In this document: piece by piece, positions 12,105 through 24,723 of the stretch | How positions within the stretch are numbered: position 1 is the first letter of the stretch | Layout: every line of letters begins with the position of its first letter | Source: Octopus sinensis | Taxonomy: Eukaryota | Length of the DNA: 64,000 nucleotides | Direction: 5' to 3' | Assembly: GCF_006345805.1 (NCBI RefSeq) | Contig: NC_043015.1 | Span: forward strand, 47,492,001-47,556,000 | The notes under the pieces: generated by a model | What the model saw: the letters and a program-made list of their open reading frames with translations, nothing else | The model's database searches: none | Told to the model about the DNA's origin: nothing | Translations under genes and position numbers: made by a program

Positions 12105-13245
12105 TCATCATCATCATCATCGTTTAACGTCCGCTTTCCATGCTAGCATGGGTTGGACGATTTGACTGAGGACTGGCAAACCAGATGGCTGCACCAGGCT
12201 TCAATCTTGATCTGGATGCCCTTCCTAATGCCAACCACTCCGTGAGTGTAGTGGGTGCTTTTACGTTGCACCAGCACAAGGGCCTGTCAGGCGGTACTGG
12301 CAACGGCCATGCTCAAATGGTGTTTTTTTATGTGCCACCTGCACAGGAGCCAGTCCACTAGCACTGGCAACGACCTCACTCGAAGGCTTTTCAGGTGCCA
12401 TCGGCACAAGTGCCAGTAAGTCGACGCTTGTAACGATCACACTCAAATGGTGCTTTTTACGTGCCACCGGCATCGAAGCCAGTTAGCCGCTCTGGCGATG
12501 ATCACGCTCAGATGGTGCTCTTAGCGCTCCACTTGCACAGATGCCAGTCATCAAATTTGATTTCAATTTCACTTGCCTCAACAGGTCTTCACAAGCAGAG
12601 TTTAGTGTCCAATGAAGGAAAGGTATGCATAAGTGGGCTGGTTACACCCCTCGCATAGGCCGTGAGGTTATGGTCTTATTTGGCTTGCCAGGTCTTCTCA
12701 AACACAGCATATTTCCAAAAGTCTCGGTCACTAGTCATTGCCTCGGTGAGGCCTAATGGTTGAAGGTCGTGCTTCACCACTTCATCCCAGGTCTACCTCT
12801 TCCACAGTTTCCCTCAACTGCTTGGGTGTGGCACTTTTTCACACAGCTATCCTCATCCATTCTCACCACATGACCATACCAGCACAGTTGTCTCTCTTGC
12901 ACACTACATCTGATGCTTCTTAGGTCCAACTTCTCTCTCAAGGTACTTAGACTCTGTCGTGTATGCACACTGACATTACACATCCATCGGATCATACTGG
13001 TTTCATTCCTTGCAAGCTTACGCATGTCCTCAGCTGTCATGGCCTATGTTTCACTGCCATGTAGCATGGCTTTTCATACACTTGCGTCATACAGTCTACT
13101 TTTTACTCTGAGCAAGAGGCCCTTGGTCACCAGCAGGGGTAAGAGCTCTCTGAACTTTGCCCAAGCTATTCTTATTCTAGCAGCTACAATTTCAGCACAC
13201 CCTCCCCCACTACTGACGTGGTCACCTAGGTAACGGAAGCTATCA
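12105..13245 (-). mobile_element. 5'-truncated RTE-clade LINE: RT C-terminus, 3' UTR and (GAT)n tail
   Basis: FRYLGDHVSSGGG, MLHGSETWAMT, LCWYGHVVRM, GRGRP. The 3' UTR ends GGAAAGCGGACGTTAAACGATGATGATG. UTR-only copies occur at about 23222, 28560, 31690, 37925, 38410, 43190, 46180, 47060 and 48700. Confidence 0.9.
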
Positions 13246-13289
13246 ACTACTTCTAGTTTTTTCTCCCTGGAATGTGGCAGAAGTTGTTT

Positions 13290-13340
<51 letters not shown>

Positions 13341-13341
<1 letters not shown>

Positions 13342-13612
13342 CTGTTGTGTCTGGAGAGAGTCACTCTCTTCTGGCGCCCTACAACTCAACACACTCACCG
13401 GTAAAACTTCTACCCATTTCCCCCATCCCTCCAAAACTCCTACTGCGCCCTGCAACCCTTTCAATAGTTTTGAGAGTCAAAACTATTGAAAAGGTTGCAA
13501 GATGCAAGAAAAATTTTAGAAAACTAAAAAAGAAATCAGTGAAAACTCCACTGGTGAGCGTGTTAAATAACAAGGCACCAAAAGAGAATGACTCTCCCCA
13601 GACACAACATTA
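13341..13612. repeat. ~270-bp element with ~75-bp imperfect terminal inverted repeats
   Basis: TGTTGTGTCTGGAGAGAGTCACTCTC...CTCACCGG versus CTGGTGAG...GAGAATGACTCTCCCCAGACACAACA. Confidence 0.75.
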
Positions 13613-13672
13613 TATGCTTCAACACACAAACTCACATAAAGAATCTTGCAAACCAAATCCAAAAACAAAATA

Positions 13673-14242
13673 TATTGGGTTGTCCAAAAAATTCGTGCCA
13701 ATTTCTAAAGGAAAGAAAAAGGTCATTAAATACTTGCCATTACATTTTTAATCAACCAAATATGAACCATTTTGATGCACAATGCATCTCCATCTTTCCT
13801 TTAACTTGAAAATACCCTCTTCCCAGAATTGAGGTGGTTTCATGGCAAAGAATTCATCGAGGTATCTTTTTACATCATCCAAGGAATTGAAATTTTTACC
13901 ATTAAAACTATTCTGCAGAGACCTGAATAAGTGGAAATCCAAAGGAGCAATATCTGGTGAATATGGAGGGTAGGGTAACACATCCCAGCCAAGCTGCAGC
14001 AATTTTTGTCTGGTTCCCAAAGCATCAAATGCCAAAAATGAACTTTTTTATCTTCCATTTTAAAGGGTTACAGAATTAACACAGGTTATAGGAACATAAA
14101 CCTTCTCCCATGAAAAGATAGCTTAAACTGTGCTCTAAATGGAGGTGTAGTCAAATCCTATTTTATGGACTCAACCATGTTCTAAAATAAGTCGAAAGGT
14201 AAGCAACTATAAATTGGCACAAACTTTCTGTATAACCCAATA
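13673..14242 (-). mobile_element. Internally deleted mariner element with both TIRs
   Basis: TIRs TATTGGGTTGTCCAAAAAATTCGTGCCAATTT / AAATTGGCACAAACTTTCTGTATAACCCAATA with TA flanks. C-terminal ORF 13748-14035 reads PYPPYSPDIAPLDFHLFRSLQN. Confidence 0.92.
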
Positions 14243-14537
14243 TATATATATATATATATATACAAGGGGGTGTTGAAAAGTTCCTGGCTTTGGGCAAAAG
14301 GAAATACATGTGGATCAGCTACTTAAGACTCCATTCAGCATATCCCACTCCTAGACCTGCATGCCCACAGCAGTGGCCCTTCAATCGCTCCAATCCCTGC
14401 AAAAGAACTCAGAAGGTTGGAACTCCAACCACACCTTTCATGACACCCTCAAAGTCAGAAAGACAGACAGACATACAATGTAATTATTCTTTTTCATTCC
14501 AGGTGCCATTATATTTAAACATTTGCAAAGAGTAACC

Positions 14538-15500
14538 ATGCCATGCACAAAAAATTCAGCAGAACTGTCAGATTTTCAAAGAGGTCGTATTGTTGGGCAA
14601 TCTGAAGCTGGCCTTTGCCAGCGAAAAATTGCTGAAAATCTTCAAATTCCTCTTGCTACTCTAAATAGAATTATAGTGCAATTCAAAAGCCAAGGAAAGA
14701 ATCAACAGATTCTCATTCCGGTTGACCTGGGCCCTTGGAAAGGAAGCTTCGCTGTTTGAAGAGAATTGTGGAAAATGAACCCAGTTCAAAGGCTTCTGAT
14801 ATTGCAAAACAGCAAGAAAATAGTCCAAGAACGTGTGTTACATATCTGCATAAGCTTGGATATTATGGAAGAGCCTCTAGAAGAAAACCTCTCCTTCAAC
14901 CAATTAATATCATGAAAAGAAAGAAATGAGGAGATGCCAGAAAAATCCAGTTCATTTTAGGATAGAGTGATTTTCTCAGATGAACCCAGATTTGCATTAT
15001 TTTCAGACAGTAGACATGTTTGGGTCTGAAAGCTTCCCAATCAAGAATTTGATTTGAAAAAACTCCAACCAACTGTGAAACATGACGGTATCTCTGTAAT
15101 GGTATGGGGAGCTGTCACCAGCAATGGTCGTTCTGAGCTGATTGAATGTGTTGGAACCATAAACTCTGAAAAATACATCGAAATACTTAAGCAAGGACTA
15201 CTTCCGATGTATTCACATAATAACATAATGAAAAATGAGTTTTTATTCATGGAAGATGGGGCTCCATGCCATACAGTGAAAAGGAATCAACAATGGGTTG
15301 CTGAAAATGGGATGTAAAAGCTAACTTGGCCCAGCCAATCTCTTGACATGAACCCAAATGAAAATCTTTGGAGAATATGAGGTAGAGCTATACGTAAAAA
15401 TCGACAGAAACCTAAAGCTAAAGGTGAATTCTTTTGATTGTTGCATGAAAAGTGGGCAGAAATTCCACAAGGCTCATCAGTTCAATGCCAAAAAGACACG
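14538..15500 (+). pseudogene. Decayed Tc1-family (DD34E) transposase
   Basis: [20 protein letters not shown] (paired-like HTH), VIFSDE, VMVWGA, EDGAPCH, WPSQSLDMNPNENLW. D codon at 15255 and E codon at 15360 give 34-aa spacing. Stops and frameshifts are present. Confidence 0.92.
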
Positions 15501-16315
15501 ACATGTCGGTGGGGTTTGGCCAGGGCAGAGCCAATCCATAACGTTACATGACATGTCAGATTAGCCAGAGGGGCAGACAAACCCATAACATTACATGACA
15601 TGTCAGATTCGCCAGAGGGGCAGACCCAATCCATAACGTTACATGACATGTCAGATTCACTAGAGGGGCAGACAAACCCATAACATTACATGACATGTCA
15701 GAGATTCGCCAGAGGGGCAAAGCCAGCCCATAACATTACATGACATGTCAGGGATTCGCCAGAGGGGTAAACTCAATCCATAACATTACATGACATGTCA
15801 GATTCGCCAGAGGGGCAGGGCCAACTCATAACATTACATGACGTTAGATTAGCCAGAGGGGCAGGGCCAACTCATAACATTACATGACATGTCAGATTAG
15901 CCAGAGGGGCAGGGCCAACTCATAACATTACATGACATGTCAGATTCGCCAGAGGGGCAGGGCCAACTCATAACATTAGATGACACGTCATTTTCGCCAG
16001 AGGGGCAGGGCCAACCCATAACATTACATGACATGTCAGATTCACCAGAGGGGCAGACAAACCCCATAACATTACATGACATGTCAGATTCACCAGAGGG
16101 GCAGACAAACCCCATAACATTACATGACATGTCAGATTCACCAGAGGAGCAGACAAACCCCATAACATTACATGACGTCAGATTCGCCAGTGGGGCAGAC
16201 CCAACCCATAACATTACATGACATGTCAGATTCGCCAGAGGGGCAAGACCAATCCATAACATTATATGACATGTCAGAGATTCACCAGAGGGGCATGGCC
16301 AGCCCATAACAAGAC
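15500..16315. repeat. ~48-bp minisatellite, about 17 units
   Basis: Unit CCATAACATTACATGACATGTCAGATTCGCCAGAGGGGCAG(ACAAAC/GGCCAAC), 47-50 bp. Confidence 0.95.
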
Positions 16316-16483
16316 ATGTGTGACTAATTTCTGTTGTGTAGTACCATCATCTACACACCAGGTTACAAATGAGAACATGGTTTCCCAGTAGATGCCTGTT
16401 ATAAAATAGGTTAGAAAATGTTCTATTTTCTGGGAAACATCTGCCAATTAGAGATTAATGCCTTACCATATATAGGACTTTAA

Positions 16484-17264
16484 CCCTTTCGTTACTGTAT
16501 TTATTTTGAGATGCTCTGTGTTTCTTTCAATTACTTTAAATATAACAAAGAACTTAATAAAATAACTTAGTTATCATTAAGCCACTGTTAGGAATATAAA
16601 TTGAGACTAAGGTTTCGTAGAAGATTTTAATTCAAAACTTATGAAAACAAGACATTTGTACTTAGAGCCAGAGCCAGTTTGGTAACAAAAGGGTTAAGAA
16701 GGCTCACCAACAGAGCTTCTTAAAGGGATTGAATGTAGTTTCCATGGTCTCTTATTCATACACACATGAAAATGACAAATTGTACATCCTTAACCCTTTC
16801 GTTACCAACCCGACTGAAACTGGCTCTGGCTCTGAGTACAAATTTCTTGTTTTCATAAGTTTTGAATTAAAATTTTCCATCAAACCTTAGTCACAATTTA
16901 TGTTCCTAACACTAGCTGAATGATAACTATGTTATTTTACTAAATTCTTTGTTATATTTAGAGTAATTGAAAAAAACACAGAGCGTCTCAACAGAAATAT
17001 GGTAACAAAAGGGTTAAAATATATAATAGAGAAACAATTCTTAACCCTTTTGATACCAACCCGGCTGAAACTGGCTCTGGCTCTGAGTACAAATGTCTAG
17101 TTTTCATAAGTTTTGTATTAAAATCTTCCACCAAACCTTAGTCACAATTTATGTTCCTAACACTAGCTGAATGATAGCTAAGTTATTTTACTAAATTCTT
17201 TGTTATATTTAAAGTAATTGAAAGAAACACAGAGCGTCTCAACAGAAATACAGTTCTGAAAGGG
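16484..17264. mobile_element. Cluster of three piggyBac-type MITEs (16484-16693, 16794-17013, 17045-17264)
   Basis: Each copy has CCCTTT/AAAGGG termini and its own TTAA duplication. The first is inverted relative to the other two. Confidence 0.88.
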
Positions 17265-17406
17265 TTAAATTACAAACATAACTGATTGACAAAAGTAATA
17301 CAAAATAAAATAGGAAAAAACAAAGCAACTGCTGAAAGGATGTAAATATTTAATCCAAAATCAATAAAATCATTTATGAACACCTGCTTTCGCACTTTTA
17401 GTTGTC

Positions 17407-18385
17407 ATTATTAAAAAGGTGGCGAGATGGCAGAATCGTTAGCACACCAGGTGAAATGCTTAGCAGTATTTCGCCTGTCACTACGTTCTGAGTTCAAATT
17501 CCACCAAGGTCAATGCAACTTTGCCTTTCGTCCTTTTGGGGTCAAATGAAATAAGTACCAGTTACGCACTGGGGTCAATGTAATCAACTAGCGCCCTTCC
17601 TCACAAATTTCCAAGACTTTGTGCCTGGAGTAGAAATAATTATTATCGTTATTATTAAAAAGGTGGCGATCTGGCAGAATCGTTAGCACACCAGGTGAAA
17701 TGCTTAGCAGTATTTCGCCTGTCACTACGTTCTGAGTTCAAATTCCACCAAGGTCAATGCAACTTTGCCTTTCGTCCTTTTGGGGTCAAATGAAATAAGT
17801 ACCAGTTACACACTGGGGTCAATGTAATCAACTAGCGCCCTTCCTCACAAATTTCCAAGACTTTGTGCCTGGAGTAGAAATAATTATTATCACTATTATT
17901 AAAGAGGTGGCAAGCTGGCAGAATCGTTAGCACGCCAGGTGAAATGCTTAGCAGTATTTCACCTGTTACTATGTTCTGAGTTCAAGTTCAAATTCCGTTA
18001 TGGTCAACTTTGCCTTTCATCCGTTTGGGAGTCAAATGAAATAAGTACCAGTTATGCACTGGGGTCAATGTAATCAACTAGTCCCCACCACCCAAAAAAA
18101 AATTTTCTAGGCCTTGTGCCTGGAGTAGAAATAATTATTATCATTATTATTAAAAAGGTGGCAAGCTGGCAGAATCGTTAGCACGCCAGGTGAAATGCTT
18201 AGCGGCATCTCATCCGTCTTTACATTCTGGGTTCAAATTCCACCGAGGTCAACTTTGCCTTTCACTCTTTTGGGGTCGATAAAATAAGTACCATTTAAGT
18301 ATTGGGGTCAATGTAATTGACTCATCCCCTCCCACCAAATCATTGCCCTTGTGGCAAAATTTGAAATCATTATTATTATTATTAT
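17407..18385 (+). repeat. Head-to-tail array of four family B-like SINE units
   Basis: Unit starts at 17407, 17651, 17895 and 18146 (period 244, 244, 251). Units 1 and 2 are nearly identical. Confidence 0.88.
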
Positions 18386-20011
18386 ATATCTTTTATTTGC
18401 TTCAGTCATTAGATGGTGACCATGTTGGGGAACTGCCCTGAAGAAATTTTTAGTAAATGAATCAACACCAGTACTTTTTTTTTTAAGCCTGGTACTTATT
18501 CTATCAGTCTCTTTTGCTGAACTGCTAAGTTATGGGGTGTAAATTAATCACCACTAGTTTTCAAGTGGTGGTGAGGGATAGAAACAAAGACACACAAACA
18601 CAAATATGTGAACATATATATATATATATAAAGCATGGGTTGACCCAAGGCTATAGTGGAAAATGCTTGTCCAAGGTTTCAATGGGACAGAACCTGGAAT
18701 CATATTTATTTCTTTATTGCCCACAAGGGGCTAAACATAGAGGGGACAAACAAGGACAAAAGGATTAAATCGATTACATCAACCCCAGTGCATAACTGGT
18801 ACTTAATTTATCAACCCTGAAAGAATGAAAGGCAAAGTCGACCTGGCAGAATTTGAACTAAGAACGTAACTGCAGACGAAATACTTATTTCTTTACTACC
18901 CACAAGGGGCTAAACACAGAGAGGATAAACAAGGACAGACAAACGGATTAAGTTGATTATATCAACCCCAGTGCGTAACTGGTACTTAATTTATTGACTC
19001 CAAAAGGATGAAAGGCAAAGTCGACCTTGGTGGAATTTGAACTCAGAACGTAACTGCAGACGAAATACTGCTAAGCACTTCGCCCGGCATGCTAACTTAA
19101 CACACAGTCATACCTGTATAAGAAAAAAGATGACAAAGAAATAAATCTTATGAACTTCAGCTGTTTCTATTATAAGAAGTAGTTGACTCATTGCTGAGTA
19201 CCATCTTACGGTTTCATCAGAGCCATCTTGTAGCAGAAACAGTTGTAAGCTAATGAAGTTAATAAGATAATCATTTATTCCTTTGTCATCCTTTTTCTTA
19301 TTACCGTTCTGTATTCCATTAATGCTTTGATCTGAAGCATTGTATATTGAGTTCTACACCAGCTTATTAATATCACAATTCCTAAGTGAAATATTCTTTT
19401 CTACTCTAGGCACAAGGCCCAAAATTTTTAAGGGAGGGGGCCGGTCGATTAGATAAACCTCAGTACACAACCGGTACTTAATCTATCGACCCCAAAAGGA
19501 TGAAAGGCAAAGTCGAACCCGAAAGGATGAAAGGCAATGTCGACCTCAGCGGAATTTGAACTCAGAACGTAACGGCAGACGAAATACCGCTAAGCATTTC
19601 GCCCAGCGTGCTAACGTTTCTGTCACAGAGCCATGCTTGCACCTTTGCTTGTGTCTATGCTGAGCTTGAACCTCAATGAATAGAGCTTCGTTTCCTAGAG
19701 ACTGACTCCTGATATATATTTCTTTACTACCCACAAGGGGCTAAACACAGAGGGGACAGACAAACGGATTAAGTCGATTACATCGACCCCAGTGTGTAAC
19801 TGGTACTTAATTTATCGACCCCGAAAGGATGAAAGGCAAAGTCAACCTCGGCGGAATTTGAACTCAGAACATAACGGTAGACGAAATATGGCTACGCATT
19901 TCGCCCGGCGTGCCAACGGTTCTGCCAGCTCGCTGCCTGACTCCTGATATAGGCTTCAAAGAACAAAAAATGGAACACACATTTATTTCCAGAAAAGGCA
20001 TGTATTAATAG

Positions 20012-20017
20012 TTTATT
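20012..20017 (-). terminator. Candidate polyadenylation signal of RAB27
   Basis: AATAAA on - about 260 nt after the stop; a second one lies at 19982-19987. Confidence 0.5.
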
Positions 20018-20275
20018 CACATTTAATGCAATAGATATACAGGAAAAAATCATGAACAGTGATGTATTACAGAAATAGTTATTTCATATAACAATTACCA
20101 ATTTTAATATTTATGCAAAAATAGTGATTTTTAATATGTTAATATATGTTAAAAAGATCCAGAAATATTATGATAGAAATGCATAAAGGAAATTTAGAGC
20201 AGTTTGGACTGTGATTTGATGAACTCAAAGCAACTCCTTAAATGAAAGCACATAATTGGTGACATTTAATTGAAC

Positions 20276-20483
20276 TTAACAGCCACATTTTTTGGAGTTG
20301 TCCAGATAGTCTAACTCAGCACCATTCTGTTGGCTAGTGTCCTTCATATAATTACCTTGTTTAAAAGGTAGTAGTTTTTTATCAACACACTGCTCCATAC
20401 TTATCATTACCTTATCCAGAAGGCACTCAACAGCCTTGGCCACATTTTGGCCTGTAGAAGCACTTGTTTCAAAATATATTAAA
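20276..20483 (-). CDS. RAB27: Rab27 terminal coding exon
   Basis: Acceptor ttttttctag|T. Translates [26 protein letters not shown]...NSKKCGC*, ending in a CXC prenylation motif. Confidence 0.95.
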
Positions 20484-21504
20484 CTAGAAAAAAGAAAAAA
20501 ATGTAAATTATTGTTACAAGGAAATAATAACATCAAAAAAAACAATGATTGTTACTCTTTTACTTGTTTCTGTCATTTGACTGTGGCCATGCTGGAGCAC
20601 CACCTTTAGTCGAGTAAATCAACCCCAGGACTTATTCTTTGTAAGCCTAATACTTATTCTATTGGTCTCTTTTGCCGAACTGCTAAGTTACGGGGACGTA
20701 AACACACCAGCATCGGTTGTCAAGCGATGTTGGGGGGACAAACACACACACATATATATACATATATATGACGGGCTTCTTTCAGTTTCCATCAACCAAA
20801 TCCACTCACAAGGCTTTGGTCGGCCCAAGCCTATAGTAGAAGACACTTGCCCAAGGTGCCACGCAGTGGGACTGAACCCGGAACCATGTGGTTCGTAATC
20901 AAGCTACTTACCACGTAGCCACTCCTACGCCTTTACTTACTTTATTATTTTTTTTATTTAGTTTAATCCTTAAGCATTCAGATAACATAGTCAAATGTAG
21001 TGATTATTTATTCACATTGTTTTAAATTAGTCATACATTGTTTAGTAGCTTTCAGATTTTAATGGTGTTTATGATATTTTTAGAATTACAAAGTAGGCAG
21101 ATGTCAGAGGTTAGATCTGAACAGTTTGAACGTAAAGCAGGTAGAATATTTTGGCCGGATATGTTAAAGGTTTAAATCAGTATCGGCCTTTGCCTTTCCT
21201 TTGGATAACATCAGTGGTGTGGAGAGGGGAGGCTGGTATGCATGGGTGACTGCTGGTCTTCCATGAAAATAACCTTGCCTGGACTTGTGCCTCAGAAGGT
21301 AACTTTCTAGATGCAATCCCATGGTTATTCATGACCGAAGGGGGTCTCCTCATGTATAACTGTTATGATTCTCTGATACCACAGTTGTTAAATTTCCCAA
21401 ACATTTTGATTACATTTATTTATTTTGATCATGTTTATATAGTCTTGAGCAATTTTTTCAATCATCCACTAATATAGATGGCCGGATATGTTAAAGGTTT
21501 AAAT

Positions 21505-22141
21505 CAGTGCTTCTCAACCATATTTTGCCTATAAACCCCTTTGATTCCTATTTTATTCGGAGTGGGGGAACCCTCATTGCTATTCAATGTTTAAAAAATC
21601 CTATTATACTTTTATAATTAAACATTATTAGGAACTGTATTAAAAAAATTATCAAAATATTTTGTGTATTACTCTTTACTCTTTTACCTGTTTCAGTCAT
21701 TTGACTGCGGCCATGCTGGAGCACCGCCTTTAGTCGAGCAAATCAACCCCAGCACTTATTCTTTTGTAAGCCTAGTACTTATTCTATCGGTCTCTTTTGC
21801 CGAACCGCTAAATTATGGGAACGTAAACACACCAGCATCGGTTGTCAAACGATGTTGGGGGGACAAACACAGACATACAACACACACACATATATATATA
21901 CATATATACGATGGACTTCTTTCAGTTTCCGTCTACCAAATCCACTCACAAGGCTTTGTTCAGCCTGAGGCTACAGTAGAAGACACTTGCCCGAAATGCC
22001 ACACAGTGGGATTGAACCCCGAACCATGTGGTTGGTAAGCAAGCTACTTACCACACAGCCACTCCTGTAGAAGTGTAACCAGTTCATTGCACATATGTTT
22101 TAACAACAAAATCTTATATGGACCCCAGTGGAGAATCACTA
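21505..22141. mobile_element. hAT-type MITE with a nested SINE (21671-22067)
   Basis: TIRs CAGTGCTTCTCAACC / GTGGAGAATCACTA and an exact 8-bp TSD GTTTAAAT (21497-21504 and 22142-22149). Confidence 0.85.
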
Positions 22142-22361
22142 GTTTAAATCATAGTTATGTAGGTAAGAGTTTTCTGCCTGCTTGTTATTATTCAAAGGCG
22201 CAGGAGTGGCTGTGTGATAAGTAGCTTGCTTATCAACCACATGGTTCCAGGTTCAGTCCCACTGCGTAGCACCTTGGGCAAGTGTCTTCTACTATAGCCC
22301 CGGGCCAACCAAAGTCTTGTGAGTGGATTTGGTAGACGGAAACTGAAAGAAGCCTGTCGTA

Positions 22362-22412
<51 letters not shown>

Positions 22413-23953
22413 ATGTATGTTTGTGTGTCTGTGTTTGTCCCCCTAGCATTGCTTGACAACCGATGCTAGTGTGTTTATGTCCCCGTCATTTAGCGGTTCG
22501 GCAAAACAGACCGATAGAATAAGTACTGGACTTACAAAAGAATAAGTCCTGGGGTCGAGTTGCTCGATTAAAGGCGGTGCTCCAGCATGGCCGCAGTCAA
22601 ATGACTGAAACAAGTAAAAGAGAGTAAACAGGGATGCCAGTCTGCCTGTTGTTATTCAACAGGATAGGAAGCAGGGAAGGAGCAAGCATGGGTTTAGCAA
22701 CTGCTCTTCATAAGGAACAATGGCTCTTTACATAAATTATACAAAGAAACCAAAGAAAGCATCTGTCTAATGATGAAAACACTGCACAGAACTGTTGTAA
22801 ATACAACAAAGATTAATGAGAACCCACAGGAAACTATTCAGTTGAACAATCAGATTCTAAAGGTGAAAACTTTTAATACAGCTGTAACCCGGCATGTGCA
22901 GGCATAAATCACAAAGGCAAAACAGACCAGGTCATCAAGAAAATGGATATTGTATCTTGAGTAGGGGATAAAATTAAGCTCCCAAAAAATGAATGTCACC
23001 ATATTAGAAGATAAGGAAGCTTTGAAATTGTTATTGAATATAGGCGTAGGAGTGGCTGTGTGGTAAGTAGCTTGCTTACGAACCACATGGTTCTGGGTTC
23101 AGTCCCACTGCGTGGCACCTTGGGCAAGTGTCTTCTACTATAGCTTTTGGCCGACCAAAGCCTTGTGAGTGGATTTGGTAGACGGAAACTGAAAGAAGCC
23201 CGTCATATATATGTATATGTATATCATCATCATCATCGTTTAGCGTCCGCTTTCCATGTTTGCATGGGATGGACGGTGCAACTGGGATCAGGGAAGCCAG
23301 AAGGCTGCACCAGGCCCAGTCTGATCTGGCAATGTTTCTACGGCTGGACGCCCTTCCTAACGCCAACCACTCCATGAGTGTAGTGGGTGCTTTTTACGTG
23401 CCATATATGTGTATATATTTGAGTGTCTGTGTTTGTCCTTCCAACATCGCTTGACAACCGATGCTGGTGTATTTATGTCCTTGTAAGTTAGCGGTTCAGC
23501 AAAAGAGACCGATAGAATAAGTACTAGGCTTGCAAAGAATAAGTCCTGGGGTCGATTGGCTCAACTAAAAGGCGGTGCGCCAGAATGGCTACAGTCAAAT
23601 GACTGAAACAATTAAAAGAGTAAAAGAGAATTGGGAACATATATTTGACAGAATCCTTGCAGCAGGATTCATAACAGTCCATGCCAAGTCAATAGTTGTT
23701 CAAGTCTATGCACCAAGAGACAACAATGATGATGGAACAAAAAGGAATGTTAATTTTTCGGTTAACCCTTTGCCTGTGCTCTGTATCGTATGTAATATGC
23801 AGGACATATTTCTCTGGTATTCATGCATCATACATGATACGCATTCCCAATTTTTCTCAAGCATTAGAGTAACTTGGGGTTTATATTATGCAGGACACAT
23901 GAAACAGCGACGAACAAAAAAATCTGAAAACAAGCATGGAGGTTTATGACAAA

Positions 23954-24334
23954 CTAGCAGTATCGCCCGGCGTTGCTCGGGTTTGTAAGGGAAATAACTA
24001 TATAAACATTTTTAGAGAGTTATAGCCAAAAAATAGCAAAAAAATGCGTTAAAAATGAAAAAAAAATGATGGTAAATTTTTTTTTAAATCGTTGATTCAT
24101 CGTAGACATTTTTAGAGAGTTACTTCCCTTATATAATAGCGAAAAAATGCATTAAAATGGAAAAAAAATTATGGTAAATTTTTTTTTAAATCGTAGACTC
24201 ATCGTAGAGCTCAATATGAATCACGACTATAAGATACCCGGTTTTGGTTAAACTGCACCGCAAAATGTGGGAGTAGTTAGGAATCTAAATCGTAGGAGAC
24301 AGACACCACACAACCTCACTTTTATATATAAAGA
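23954..24334 (-). mobile_element. Non-autonomous Helitron
   Basis: 5' A|TC start, 3' hairpin CCCGAGCAACGCCGGG followed by CTAG|T; no TSD. Confidence 0.85.
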
Positions 24335-24599
24335 TTTATGAATATGCATTGGACAAGCAAAAGGTTATATGTCATATTAGTGCTCTTTTACTCTCTTTTA
24401 CTTGTTTCAGTCATTTGACTGTGGCCATACTGGAGCACCGCCTTTAGTCGAGCAAATCGACCCCAGGACTTATTCTTTGTAAGACTAGTACTTATTCTAT
24501 TGGTCTCTTTTGCCGAACCGCTAAGTTACGGGGATGTAAACACACCAGCATCAGTTGTCAAGCGATGTTGGGGGGACAAACACAGACACACAAACATAC

Positions 24600-24621
24600 A
24601 TACATATATATATATGTATAT

Positions 24622-24674
<53 letters not shown>

Positions 24675-24677
24675 GTG

Positions 24678-24723
<46 letters not shown>

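Noticed and set aside
15897-16307. Repetitive Cys-rich or MSDSPEG ORFs
   Set aside because: They come from minisatellite units; neighbouring 47- and 50-bp units break the frame and there is no splice context.
17407-18385. CRISPR-like array (also considered for 15500-16315)
   Set aside because: The context is eukaryotic, there are no unique spacers and no cas genes.
23575-23949. 124-aa ORF
   Set aside because: It is a chimera of a SINE tail, a tiny RTE endonuclease-like scrap (IVVQVYAP) and non-coding sequence.
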